Below, one piece after another: positions 40,457-49,194 of a stretch of 64,000 bases of DNA (the first letter of the stretch is position 1; the number at the start of each line of letters is the position of its first letter). Made by a program: the position numbers and the translations under genes. The stretch is taken from assembly GCA_003518365.1 (NCBI GenBank), contig DOYU01000019.1:40224-104223 (forward strand). Reading direction: 5' to 3'. The notes beneath the pieces were generated by a model. The model searched no databases, had not been told where the DNA came from, and saw only the letters and a program-made list of their open reading frames with translations. This DNA is from Candidatus Magasanikiibacteriota bacterium. Lineage in GTDB: Bacteria; Patescibacteriota; Patescibacteriia; Magasanikbacterales; UBA922.

Positions 40457-40460
40457 ATAT

Positions 40461-40535
40461 AGAAAGCTTGGAAGGCTTGGAATGCTTGGAAGGCCTAGAA
40501 ATTCCAAGACTTCTAGGCCTTCCAAGCATTCTTAG
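40461..40535. repeat. mirror array of 9-mer repeats (GAAGGCTTG / CAAGCCTTC)
   Basis: gaaagcttg gaaggcttg gaatgcttg gaaggccta gaa / ttccaagac ttctaggcc ttccaagca ttc. Confidence 0.85.
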
Positions 40536-40688
40536 ATTTATAGCCAAAAAAACCCTTCTTTGGGCTTCTTATAGTGGGTATAGGAAAGAACTTGGCATAG
40601 TATAGCCTGACTTCGTAAAAAGTCAATTATGCACAGTCTATCTTAGCAAACCCTTGCAAATAATACAAAAATGGTCTACTCTTTTAAC

Positions 40689-40850
40689 GTTCTGTGGAAA
40701 CAGAACCTGCGTCACGCTCGGCGATCCTTCAGCGCGAATGAACAGGAATATACATATTGTATAGCTTGCTCTTTCGCTCGGAAGGTCGGTCCGAGCACGT
40801 CCGGAAAGTCCGGACATTGTAGAGTGAAAATCCGTCACAAGAAGGAAGTA
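40689..40850 (+). promoter_or_regulatory. long structured 5' leader or sRNA
   Basis: Promoter TTGCAA-N17-TACTCT (40654-40682) followed by hairpins gttctg..cagaac, tataca..tgtata, gctcgga..tccgagc, gtccgga..tccggac. Confidence 0.6.
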
Positions 40851-40854
40851 CGCC

Positions 40855-40983
40855 ATGCGTTGCATTTGGAACTGGATGAAGGCTCACCCGGGCGCCACGG
40901 CGCTCGTCGCCTACAGCTACCTGATGTCCCTCGCCCTCGGGGTGGACTACCTCATCGAGGGCGTCCACCACTTCACCTCCTGA
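40855..40983 (+). CDS. 42-aa hydrophobic peptide (cassette D; not in the ORF track)
   Basis: MRCIWNWMKAHPGATALVAYSYLMSLALGVDYLIEGVHHFTS*; AAGGA SD; strong G/C third-position bias. Confidence 0.7.
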   Translation: MRCIWNWMKAHPGATALVAYSYLMSLALGVDYLIEGVHHFTS

Positions 40984-41097
40984 CGCAGACCTCGTCCAAC
41001 GCCCCGCCGACACCACGTCGGCGGGGCTACGGACGAGATGAAAAAAAACTATTGAAACGCCATTTGGGCGATTTTTTTATTGAAAAAGTTCTATGGG

Positions 41098-41166
41098 AAA
41101 CAAAAACAACTCATTGATTTGAGTTGCTTTTGACTGGTCCCGATGGTTCCTCCAGGACCAATCGGG
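41098..41166 (-). repeat. cassette 3' module, copy E (hairpin plus terminator)
   Basis: aaacaaaaacaactc..gagttgcttttgactggtcccgatgg..ccaatcggg. Confidence 0.8.
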
Positions 41167-41214
41167 AAAAAAAGAACAAACAACGTAAAGTTGCAGAGGA
41201 CGACGCTAGGTCAG

Positions 41215-41451
41215 CTACTCGGACTGGTACTTCGCCAACGTTTCCTCAATGCCGAGAATGCCCGTGGTGCGAATCACATCAAGAGTAAGCCCTTGCGCCA
41301 CAACTTTTTTCAGCACAACAGGAATGGCCAACTCGTTGGTCAGGTCATCGAAGATTCGATCCGCTACCATGGTATACGGACCAGCAGTATCGGCGATCTG
41401 CGCCAATGCAGCACGCAGCCGGGTCAGGTCTATCATGTTGAATGTACTCAT
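41215..41451 (-). CDS. orphan small protein (cassette E)
   Basis: GGAGGT SD before MSTF; shared 3' module. Confidence 0.65.
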   Translation of the reverse strand: MSTFNMIDLTRLRAALAQIADTAGPYTMVADRIFDDLTNELAIPVVLKKVVAQGLTLDVIRTTGILGIEETLAKYQSE

Positions 41452-41556
41452 GTAGACAAACCTCCATGTCGTGTCCATACTTAGAGTATCAAATTTTTTC
41501 ACTCCTGTCCCGTTGATTTCAACCTTCCCTTATGCCCCTACATGTCAAACTTCTAT

Positions 41557-41622
41557 AACAAAAACAACCCATGATTGAGTTGTTTTTGTTTTCTCCCGAT
41601 GGCTCTACCAGCGCCATCGGGA
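41557..41622 (-). repeat. cassette 3' module, copy F
   Basis: aacaaaaacaaccc..gagttgtttttgttttctcccgatggc..gccatcggga. Confidence 0.8.
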
Positions 41623-41650
41623 AACATATCGAGACGCGAACGTCTCAGGT

Positions 41651-41941
41651 TTACTTTTTTTGTGCCATCTGTTCGCGCATATCCTCAATACAGACCCTGA
41701 GGACAACGATCGTTCCGGCTTCGAACCAGAGCAGCCCGAGGAATAAGTCAATGCACCCAGTCACCTCGGTGCTAAGGCACAATTTGCCGAAGGCCCCACT
41801 ATCTTGGTGCACAACAGCCACGTACACGTGCAAGCATGCGACAGAGTAAGCGACCAACCGAATACCGATTCTGGATATCAACTTGGCGAACTCGATCCTC
41901 TCGTATGCAGCGCAGAGCTGCGTGAACTGTACCTCGTTCAT
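41651..41941 (-). CDS. orphan two-TM protein (cassette F)
   Basis: GGAGG SD; TTGACG-N17-TAAGCC; shared 3' module. Confidence 0.65.
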   Translation of the reverse strand: MNEVQFTQLCAAYERIEFAKLISRIGIRLVAYSVACLHVYVAVVHQDSGAFGKLCLSTEVTGCIDLFLGLLWFEAGTIVVLRVCIEDMREQMAQKK

Positions 41942-42089
41942 ATCTCCCTCCGTGAGATGCTATTTTTGCCCCTACGGAGACACGTCCGCAAATAAGGCTT
42001 ACCACAAACATCTTCCTACGTCAATATAATATGCTATACTCTCTACACCTATTTTTGAATTAGAAATTAGTAATTTTGAATTATTTCAA

Positions 42090-42347
42090 ATGTACACTCT
42101 CTACATTCTCCGCTGCAAAGACAATTCACTTTACACAGGGATAGCAAAAGATCTCGAGAAACGTCTCGAGATGCATCGCGCTGGGACAGGATCAAAGTAC
42201 GTTCGCGCAAAATCTCCTTTTGCTGTAGTGTATACAGAGAAATGCAAAGATAGATCAAGTGCAACGAAGAGAGAAATGGCAATTAAAAAAATGTCGAAAG
42301 AAAAAAAAGAAACATTGGTTATTTCTCCCCCTACCAGGGGGAGCTAG
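42090..42347 (+). CDS. GIY-YIG nuclease family protein (YhbQ/UPF0213)
   Basis: YILRCKDNSLYTGI, HRAGTGSKY, ATKREMAIK. Confidence 0.92.
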   Translation: MYTLYILRCKDNSLYTGIAKDLEKRLEMHRAGTGSKYVRAKSPFAVVYTEKCKDRSSATKREMAIKKMSKEKKETLVISPPTRGS

Positions 42348-42420
42348 AGGGGGTCTGCTGACAAAAACAACGTTCATAATACTAACGACCCCTCCCAACC
42401 TCCCCTTATAGGGGAGGAGA
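42323..42420. repeat. miniature inverted-repeat element (CTCCCC..GGGGAG family)
   Basis: ttctccccctaccagggggagctagagggggtc ... gacccctcccaacctccccttataggggaggaga. Confidence 0.8.
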
Positions 42421-42431
42421 TCCTTACTTCC

Positions 42432-44588
42432 ATGACCATCGACCACGCAAGACAATCCCTCAAACATACCTTCGGCTTCGACTCCTTCCGCCCAATGCAA
42501 GAGGAGATTGTTCAGGCTGTCATAGAAAAAAAAGACGTCCTTGTTCTGATGCCCACGGGCGGTGGCAAATCTCTTTGTTATCAATTGCCAGCAACTGTTC
42601 AAGAGGGACTCACCGTCGTCGTCTCCCCTCTTATCGCACTGATGAAAGATCAAGTGGAAGGACTCGTAGAAAATGGTATCAAAGCAGCGTATCTCAATAG
42701 TTCTCTTGAACTCGATGAACATCAAGATATTCTCGCACAGCTCGAACGAGGTGAGATAGACATTCTCTATGTTTCTCCAGAAAAACTGGTCACACAAAGT
42801 TTTCAATATTCGCTAAAAAAATGGAATGTCCAACTTTTTGCCATCGACGAAGCACATTGTATTTCACAATGGGGACACGATTTTCGTCCAGAATATACCA
42901 AACTCCGCGCACTCAAAAATATATTTCCTGATGTTCCTATTATTGCTCTGACAGCAACAGCAGACAAAACAACGAGAAAGGATATTCTGGCGCAATTGCA
43001 ATTGAAAGATCCAAAAATATTTATTTCTTCTTTTGACAGACCAAATCTAGAACTCAACGTATTGCCTGCACACAAACGCATCGAACGCATCATTACCTTT
43101 GTCAAAAAAAGAAAACACGAATCTGGAATTATTTATTGTCTGAGTAGAAATCAAACAGAAAAAGTTGCGAATGCACTGATCCAAGAAGGCATCAATGCAG
43201 GCTACTATCACGCAGGCATGATCTCTCACGAGCGCGCAAAAGCACAGGAAGACTTTATTCACGGAAGAACAAATGTCGTTGTTGCCACGATTGCTTTTGG
43301 TATGGGAATCGATAAAAGCAATGTCCGCTATGTCATTCACCACAACTTGCCAAAAAATCTCGAGGGCTATTATCAAGAAATAGGACGCGCAGGACGAGAT
43401 GGATTGCCAAGTGAAACACTCCTCTTCTACTCGCTCGCAGATGTTGTCTTGCTAAAAAAGTTTGCAACAGAATCTGGACAACCCGCACTCCAACTTGCGA
43501 AATTGGATCGTATGAAACAATTTGCCGATGCATTGATTTGTCGACGACGTATTTTGCTTTCCTATTTTGGAGAAGAAGTAAAAAGTGATTGCAAAAACTG
43601 CGATGTCTGTGAAAATCCTCCAGAACTAGTTGACGGTACAGAGATCGCACAGATCGCACTGTCGGGAATTGCGAGAACAAACCAAGATGTGGCGATCGGT
43701 ATGCTCATAGATATTTTGCGTGGGTCTGGCAAACAGGAAGTATTGAACCAAGGCTACCATACCATAAAAACCTATGGCGCAGGCAGTCATATTTCTCCAG
43801 AAGACTGGCAACAATACCTCTTGCAAATGCTCAATCTCGGTCTTGTTGACGTTGCATACGACCAACACCATGCATTGAAAATTACTACGGCAGGCGCGCG
43901 AGTATTAAAAGGTGAAGACACCGTACAGTTTGTTTCCCTGGCGTATATCGAAGAACGCGCCATCACTGCAAGTAGTAAAGAAAGCAAAACAAATTCTCGA
44001 AGAAAAGAAGCCGAAGAAGTATTGTTTGACATGCTCCGCGATCTCCGTTTTTCTCTCGCAAAAAAAGCAAACATTCCTCCGTATCATGTGTTCACCGATA
44101 AGACGCTCGACGAGATGGCACGTGACATGCCAACAAATGAAGAAAAAATGAAAAAAGTTTCTGGTATTGGTGATAAAAAATTTGCCAGCTATGGCAAACT
44201 CTTTATCGATGAAATTACAAAATTTATTCAAGAAAAAGATAAAGCCGGTGAAAAAATCCAAGGCACAACGCAAGACATCACCTATGCGTATTATCGCCAA
44301 GGTATGCCGGTCGGGATCATTGCAAAAGAACGCGATCTCAAATCGGTCACGATCTACGGGCATCTCGCAGATCTGTATGAAAAAGGATATGATATCAATA
44401 TCCACGATTTCATTGATAAACGGGATCTAAAAAAAATCTGTGAGAATCTCAAAGAAAAAGGCGTCCCACAAAAATTGAAATCGTTGTATGAACGGTTTGA
44501 TGGAACGTTTGATTATGACAAGCTCCGCCTTGCTGTTGCGTATTATCGGAAAGAAAATAGGAAGCAAGGGGTTATTGAGTATAGGTAA
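42432..44588 (+). CDS. recQ: ATP-dependent DNA helicase RecQ
   Basis: MPTGGGKSLCYQLP, DEAHCISQWGHDFRP, QEIGRAGRDG, RQC and HRDC domains. Confidence 0.97.
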   Translation: MTIDHARQSLKHTFGFDSFRPMQEEIVQAVIEKKDVLVLMPTGGGKSLCYQLPATVQEGLTVVVSPLIALMKDQVEGLVENGIKAAYLNSSLELDEHQDILAQLERGEIDILYVSPEKLVTQSFQYSLKKWNVQLFAIDEAHCISQWGHDFRPEYTKLRALKNIFPDVPIIALTATADKTTRKDILAQLQLKDPKIFISSFDRPNLELNVLPAHKRIERIITFVKKRKHESGIIYCLSRNQTEKVANALIQEGINAGYYHAGMISHERAKAQEDFIHGRTNVVVATIAFGMGIDKSNVRYVIHHNLPKNLEGYYQEIGRAGRDGLPSETLLFYSLADVVLLKKFATESGQPALQLAKLDRMKQFADALICRRRILLSYFGEEVKSDCKNCDVCENPPELVDGTEIAQIALSGIARTNQDVAIGMLIDILRGSGKQEVLNQGYHTIKTYGAGSHISPEDWQQYLLQMLNLGLVDVAYDQHHALKITTAGARVLKGEDTVQFVSLAYIEERAITASSKESKTNSRRKEAEEVLFDMLRDLRFSLAKKANIPPYHVFTDKTLDEMARDMPTNEEKMKKVSGIGDKKFASYGKLFIDEITKFIQEKDKAGEKIQGTTQDITYAYYRQGMPVGIIAKERDLKSVTIYGHLADLYEKGYDINIHDFIDKRDLKKICENLKEKGVPQKLKSLYERFDGTFDYDKLRLAVAYYRKENRKQGVIEYR

Positions 44589-44591
44589 AAC

Positions 44592-45227
44592 ATGTACTTG
44601 GTTAAAGACTTCAAAAAAATACTTAAAGATCTTGAACCCTTTGTGACTCGCGCAGATAAGAAAGGTAGACTTTGGTTACATAATGGAAATAATGAAAAAA
44701 GAAAAATGGATGCTATCAAAGTAAAAGATGGAACTTTATTTAAACTTAGACCTCGAGAAGCGTGGGCGAATTGGCTCATATGTGTCGTCTTACAACATAT
44801 AACGGGTGATGAAATAACTTTTTCTGATAGTGAACACGGAGATGGTTATATCTGGAATAAAACAAAAGGCGAAGTCATTATTACTGAACATGTCGCAGCG
44901 ATGGATTTCCCAAACACCACTATCCCAACAGGAGAAGAACGTGTTATTTGGGCGATTGAAAAAAAAATCAAAAAAGGGAAAGAATATGCACAAGGTAAAC
45001 ACTTGGTAGTTTTCATGGATGGTGCTGGGAAATGGTATCCAACTAAAGTAGGGAGACAAACTTCAGGAAAACATAATTTTGAAAGTATATTTTGCGTAGG
45101 GTTAATTACTGGAGATGAAAGCGGATACAAGTATGGACTAACACAGTTCTTTCCGTCACATTCACCTTGTTGGGAAATCCAGATAAATTCTGATTTTACG
45201 GATTGGACAATTACACAAATTCAATAG
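44592..45227 (+). CDS. AT-rich hypothetical protein, possibly a PD-(D/E)XK-like fold
   Basis: 211-aa ORF; E..DG....TEHV acidic pattern (weak). Confidence 0.7.
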   Translation: MYLVKDFKKILKDLEPFVTRADKKGRLWLHNGNNEKRKMDAIKVKDGTLFKLRPREAWANWLICVVLQHITGDEITFSDSEHGDGYIWNKTKGEVIITEHVAAMDFPNTTIPTGEERVIWAIEKKIKKGKEYAQGKHLVVFMDGAGKWYPTKVGRQTSGKHNFESIFCVGLITGDESGYKYGLTQFFPSHSPCWEIQINSDFTDWTITQIQ

Positions 45228-45283
45228 ATATACTAATGCGAGTTAAACAGTTAGCATTAGAATCCCAAAAGAACCTCTTATTA

Positions 45284-45319
45284 GCTGGCTCCATAGTCCC
45301 GAAGGGCTGTGGAGCCAGC
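45284..45319. repeat. REP-like 16-bp hairpin
   Basis: gctggctccatagtcc-cgaa-gggctgtggagccagc. Confidence 0.65.
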
Positions 45320-45346
45320 CAAGAGGAAAACGATTTTCCAAACAAC

Positions 45347-45453
45347 ATTAGTAAAAACAAAAACAACCCTTTCTAAGAGTTGCTTTTGACTGGTCCGACG
45401 CGCTCGTTCTTCTGATCGACCACGAAGGGCCAGTCAGCGCATGAGCGCGTCGA
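45347..45453 (-). repeat. cassette 3' module, copy G
   Basis: attagtaaaaacaaaaacaaccc..gagttgcttttgactggtccgacgcgctc...gagcgcgtcg. Confidence 0.8.
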
Positions 45454-45479
45454 AGTGGGAGCCCGTACAGGATGTCGGA

Positions 45480-45887
45480 TTACTTGCCGATCAGGAGGAT
45501 CAGCAGCATGATGAGGATCCCCATGCTCTGGAAAACGTTCACGACGATGGACACATCCCTCTGTCGCGTACGTCGCGTACTCAGATCCTCGGCCTGCTCG
45601 ATCGCGAGACCATCCTGGGTGCGGAGCGTACTCTCGATGCAGTCCACATAGTGGTCAATGAGGATGTCTCCAGGAAGCACACGTTTCGCGACAATGCTTT
45701 CGCTGGGTCGAAAATGTACGGCCTCGCAATAATCCACAACACCGGTTTCGCCGCTGATATGATAGGACTTTATCGTAATCTTGCGCCAACCAAAGTATGG
45801 CACCCACACGTAGCAGATGCTACGAAATTCATCGCGCACTCGAGGCCACTCCGTCTGGAACGTGAGACCAACGAAATTGAACTTCAT
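45480..45887 (-). CDS. orphan protein with C-terminal TM anchor (cassette G)
   Basis: GAGGGG SD before MKFN; TTGACA promoter near 45955. Confidence 0.7.
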   Translation of the reverse strand: MKFNFVGLTFQTEWPRVRDEFRSICYVWVPYFGWRKITIKSYHISGETGVVDYCEAVHFRPSESIVAKRVLPGDILIDHYVDCIESTLRTQDGLAIEQAEDLSTRRTRQRDVSIVVNVFQSMGILIMLLILLIGK

Positions 45888-45978
45888 GAGTCCCCTCTTC
45901 ACAGGGTGGGTAAGGCTCCCTGTTTGCGCATAGCTAAGCAAAAAATGTACCTTTTGTCAATAGTATACACTCAAAAAA

Positions 45979-46064
45979 ATTAGTAAAAACAAAAACAGCC
46001 TTTTCACAAAGCTGCTTTTGCATTGTCCCCGACGATCGGTGCGACAATACGCACGACGTCGGGG
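45979..46064 (-). repeat. cassette 3' module, copy H
   Basis: attagtaaaaacaaaaacagcc..agctgcttttgcattgtccccgacg...cgtcgggg. Confidence 0.8.
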
Positions 46065-46072
46065 TAGTCCCC

Positions 46073-46462
46073 CTAGTTGTTGACAAGAACTGCGATCACC
46101 CCACCCAGGATGAGCGCGGTGATCGCCAGCACGATCACCAGCCATGTCTTGCTATCGCCATGGGCACGTCCTTGGCCAGCATGAGCCTCGGACACGGCAT
46201 CCAGGCTGATCGACGTCACGGTATTGAGGATCGTGGGGTCCTCGACCTTGACGACGGGATGACCGATCAGTGCTCCAAGCGGAACCTGCCAGTCGCTCAC
46301 CCGTCCATGAACTTGGACGTTGACCTGCTGATGAACATGGTTCATCCTGACGGTCAGGGACACCATGTGACCGGTCGCTTCTTGCACGTAACATGCTCCG
46401 CCACGAGCCTCGAGCTCCTCAATGGGCAGCTCGTACGGAATATCATCACAATAAAAAAGCAT
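46073..46462 (-). CDS. orphan protein with C-terminal TM anchor (cassette H)
   Basis: GGAGGAG SD before MLFY; hydrophobic C-terminus. Confidence 0.7.
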   Translation of the reverse strand: MLFYCDDIPYELPIEELEARGGACYVQEATGHMVSLTVRMNHVHQQVNVQVHGRVSDWQVPLGALIGHPVVKVEDPTILNTVTSISLDAVSEAHAGQGRAHGDSKTWLVIVLAITALILGGVIAVLVNN

Positions 46463-46603
46463 GACTCGTCTCTCCTCCCATGGTTGTCTGGATGCATAGA
46501 TAATCATAAAAATATATTTTTGTAAAGGATAATTATTCGTTCGCATACAAATGCAGATTCTGTTACCATACAACTATACCACTGAACCCATAACAACATT
46601 TTT

Positions 46604-47062
46604 ATGCTCAAACAAAACTCCCCCGCCCCACCATTCTCCCTCCCGGACCAAAACGGAAAAATGCAAAGCCTAACAGACTACTCAGGCAAAAAAGTGCTGC
46701 TCTACTTTTATCCAAAAGATGATACACCCGGCTGTACGACCGAAGCGTGCAACTTTCGTGATAGACTGAACGAACTAAAAGACCACGGCGTGCAAGTCCT
46801 CGGTGTGAGTAAGGATACTATCGCATCACACAAAAAATTCTCAGAAAAGTTTGATCTCAACTTTCCCCTTCTCTCTGATGAAAATGGAACACTCGTGAAA
46901 GCCTACGGCGTCTGGAAAGAAAAAAGTATGTACGGGAAAACATACATGGGCATTTCTCGTGAATCATTTCTCATTGATGAAGAAGGCAACCTTGTGAAAC
47001 ATTATGAAAAAGTAAAGCCAGAAGAACATGTCGAGGAAGTATTGCGGGATGTCGAAGCATAG
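46604..47062 (+). CDS. bcp: thioredoxin-dependent peroxiredoxin Bcp
   Basis: YFYPKDDTPGCTTEAC. Confidence 0.95.
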   Translation: MLKQNSPAPPFSLPDQNGKMQSLTDYSGKKVLLYFYPKDDTPGCTTEACNFRDRLNELKDHGVQVLGVSKDTIASHKKFSEKFDLNFPLLSDENGTLVKAYGVWKEKSMYGKTYMGISRESFLIDEEGNLVKHYEKVKPEEHVEEVLRDVEA

Positions 47063-47067
47063 TGTGA

Positions 47068-47096
47068 TTGACAAACCAGCTAAAAACAGCTATACT
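47068..47096 (+). promoter_or_regulatory. near-consensus sigma70 promoter of the ABC-F gene
   Basis: TTGACA-N17-TATACT. Confidence 0.8.
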
Positions 47097-47150
47097 CCGG
47101 CCTACGCTAAAGCTTCGGCCGACAAGCGTTGCCTTTTTTAATATCGCACT

Positions 47151-48605
47151 ATGGCACAACAAGAATCCGTCATTCTCAGATTTGACGCCGTCAAATTTCA
47201 CTACGATGAAATCAAACCCATTCTCAATGGCGTCAGTTTTTCTATACGAAAAAATAGCAAAATCACCATCATGGGCCCAAACGGCGCAGGAAAATCTACC
47301 ATTTTCAAACTCATCACTGGAGACATTCAGCCAGTCGAAGGCAGAGTCCTTATCACTGATAATGCGTCTATTGGCATTGCGAAGCAAATCATGGCTGACG
47401 AATATAAAGAACTGACTGTCCGAGAATACTTTGCAACAGCGTTCACAGAAAAAAAACATAACCTCGATAAACTCATCACCGACGTCCTCGATGTCGTGAA
47501 CTATCACATTCCTCTCGACAAACAAATCAAAGACACATCAGGTGGTCAGCAAGCTCGCCTTCTCTTGGCACACGCATTGATCCAACAACCCGACATTCTC
47601 CTCCTCGACGAACCAACGAACAATCTCGATGATGACGGTATCGGTCACCTGACATCCTTCCTCATCATGTATGAAAAAACCGTTGTGGTTATTTCTCATG
47701 ACACGTACTTTTTGAATTCATTTACCGATGGTGTCTTGCATCTCAATGAATACACAAAAGAAGTAAAACAATATCAAGGAAACTATCTCGATGTACTCGA
47801 AGACATCAACGCACAGATAGAACGAGAAGAACGAAAAAATGCACAACTCCAAAGAAATATTCAAGATCGAAAAGATAAAATAAACTTCTTTTCAAACAAA
47901 GGAGGAAAGATGAGAAAACTTGCGGCAAAAATGCGCGAAGAAGTTGCAGAAGATGAAGCAAACATGGTAGACGTGATGCAAGAAGACAAAACCATCACAC
48001 GGTTTGACATCCCAGCACAAGAATACAAAGAAGAAATCTTGGGCATGAATCATATTTCTATTTTGAAAAACCATGAAGTGGTAGAGAAAGAAGTCAATAT
48101 TCACATGCGGCGCGGCGACAGACTCTTTATCAAAGGACCAAATGGTATTGGAAAAAGCACGCTGCTGAAGCGCATTGCAGAAGAACAAACAGATGGCATC
48201 ACGATTGGTGCAGGTGTGCGTGTTGCGTATTATAAGCAGGATTTTTCCGGACTTGATTTTAATAAAACTGCCTTTCACTCTCTCAAAGAAATGATGGGCG
48301 TGCCAGATGATGAAGTTATTTACCGCGTTGCCGCACGATTTTTATTGAGTTCAAAAGTTCTGCAAAATTTGGTTGGTGCATTATCCGAAGGACAAAAAGG
48401 ATTGCTCGTCTATGCACGTTTTGTCTTGCAAGAGCCAGGCCTCTTGATCCTCGACGAGCCGACGAACCACATCAACTTCCGACATCTTCCCGTCATAGCA
48501 GAAGCAATCAATCAGTACGAAGGCGCGATGATTCTCGTTTCTCACGTTCCAGAATTTGTCGAACAAATTACTATCAAAAACGAACTCGATCTGGGTCGCA
48601 TCTAA
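47151..48605 (+). CDS. ABC-F family ATPase
   Basis: Two ABC domains (GPNGAGKS, GPNGIGKS, DEPTN) and no TM segments. Confidence 0.92.
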   Translation: MAQQESVILRFDAVKFHYDEIKPILNGVSFSIRKNSKITIMGPNGAGKSTIFKLITGDIQPVEGRVLITDNASIGIAKQIMADEYKELTVREYFATAFTEKKHNLDKLITDVLDVVNYHIPLDKQIKDTSGGQQARLLLAHALIQQPDILLLDEPTNNLDDDGIGHLTSFLIMYEKTVVVISHDTYFLNSFTDGVLHLNEYTKEVKQYQGNYLDVLEDINAQIEREERKNAQLQRNIQDRKDKINFFSNKGGKMRKLAAKMREEVAEDEANMVDVMQEDKTITRFDIPAQEYKEEILGMNHISILKNHEVVEKEVNIHMRRGDRLFIKGPNGIGKSTLLKRIAEEQTDGITIGAGVRVAYYKQDFSGLDFNKTAFHSLKEMMGVPDDEVIYRVAARFLLSSKVLQNLVGALSEGQKGLLVYARFVLQEPGLLILDEPTNHINFRHLPVIAEAINQYEGAMILVSHVPEFVEQITIKNELDLGRI

Positions 48606-48615
48606 TTCAATTTAT

Positions 48616-49056
48616 ATGTCAAAAGTTGAAAAAGGACACAAAGTCACCGTACACTATACAGGATCTCTCGACGACGGCACCATATTCGATTCATCAAAGA
48701 ATCGTGAACCACTTGAATTCATTGTTGGTGGTGGCATGGTGATTGAAGGATTTGATGAGATGGTCATCGGTATGAGCGTGGGAGACACGAAAAAAGAAAC
48801 ACTCCCCTCTCACAAAGCATACGGCGACCGTCGTAATGAACTTGTCGGCGACGTCCCAAAAAACAATATTCCAGAAAACATTCGTGACAACGTCGCAAAA
48901 GGTGACAAACTTCAAATTCCACAACCAAACGGTATTGCGATTGTCACGGTGATCAATGTCACAGACGATGCCATCACCATCGACGCAAATCCAGAACTTG
49001 CAGGAAAAGATCTTACATTTGAGATAGAACTGGTAGAAATTAAAGAAGTCGAATAA
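48616..49056 (+). CDS. FKBP-type peptidyl-prolyl isomerase (SlyD-like)
   Basis: VHYTGSLDDGTIFDSS, AYG, DANPELAGKDLTF. Confidence 0.92.
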   Translation: MSKVEKGHKVTVHYTGSLDDGTIFDSSKNREPLEFIVGGGMVIEGFDEMVIGMSVGDTKKETLPSHKAYGDRRNELVGDVPKNNIPENIRDNVAKGDKLQIPQPNGIAIVTVINVTDDAITIDANPELAGKDLTFEIELVEIKEVE

Positions 49057-49084
49057 ACACAAAATCAGTGCGATAAAAAAAGAG

Positions 49085-49175
49085 AAGCCCCGTAGCGAAA
49101 AGTACGCTACGGGGCTTTGTTGTCGTTGTGACCTCGAAAAGTTGTCCCGCAGAGACGGAATCCCGCTTTGCGGGA
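49085..49175. repeat. two GC-rich palindromes between convergent genes (terminator or REP-like)
   Basis: aagccccgtagcg..cgctacggggctt and tcccgcagag..ctttgcggga. Confidence 0.65.
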
Positions 49176-49194
49176 GGAGATGGGTTGCGTTGCA

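Noticed and set aside
40457-40525. N-terminal extensions in the ORF track (uvrA, GT2 at 6914, GT2 at 8017, recJ at 60073, mraZ at 32195, fdtA at 12109)
   Set aside because: They translate repeats, palindromes or overlapping genes. Family-typical starts lie downstream.
40671-41117. 148-aa and 95-aa ORFs across the structured leader
   Set aside because: They span promoter, hairpins and terminator. The 42-aa frame has the SD and the codon bias.
41098-46064. Integron attC sites
   Set aside because: I saw no RYYYAAC/GTTRRRY core boxes and no intI in the window, and most cassettes have their own promoters and terminators.
45441-46525. Plus-strand ORFs of 180 aa and 121 aa
   Set aside because: They are antisense to cassettes G and H, whose SD and 3' module are on the minus strand.
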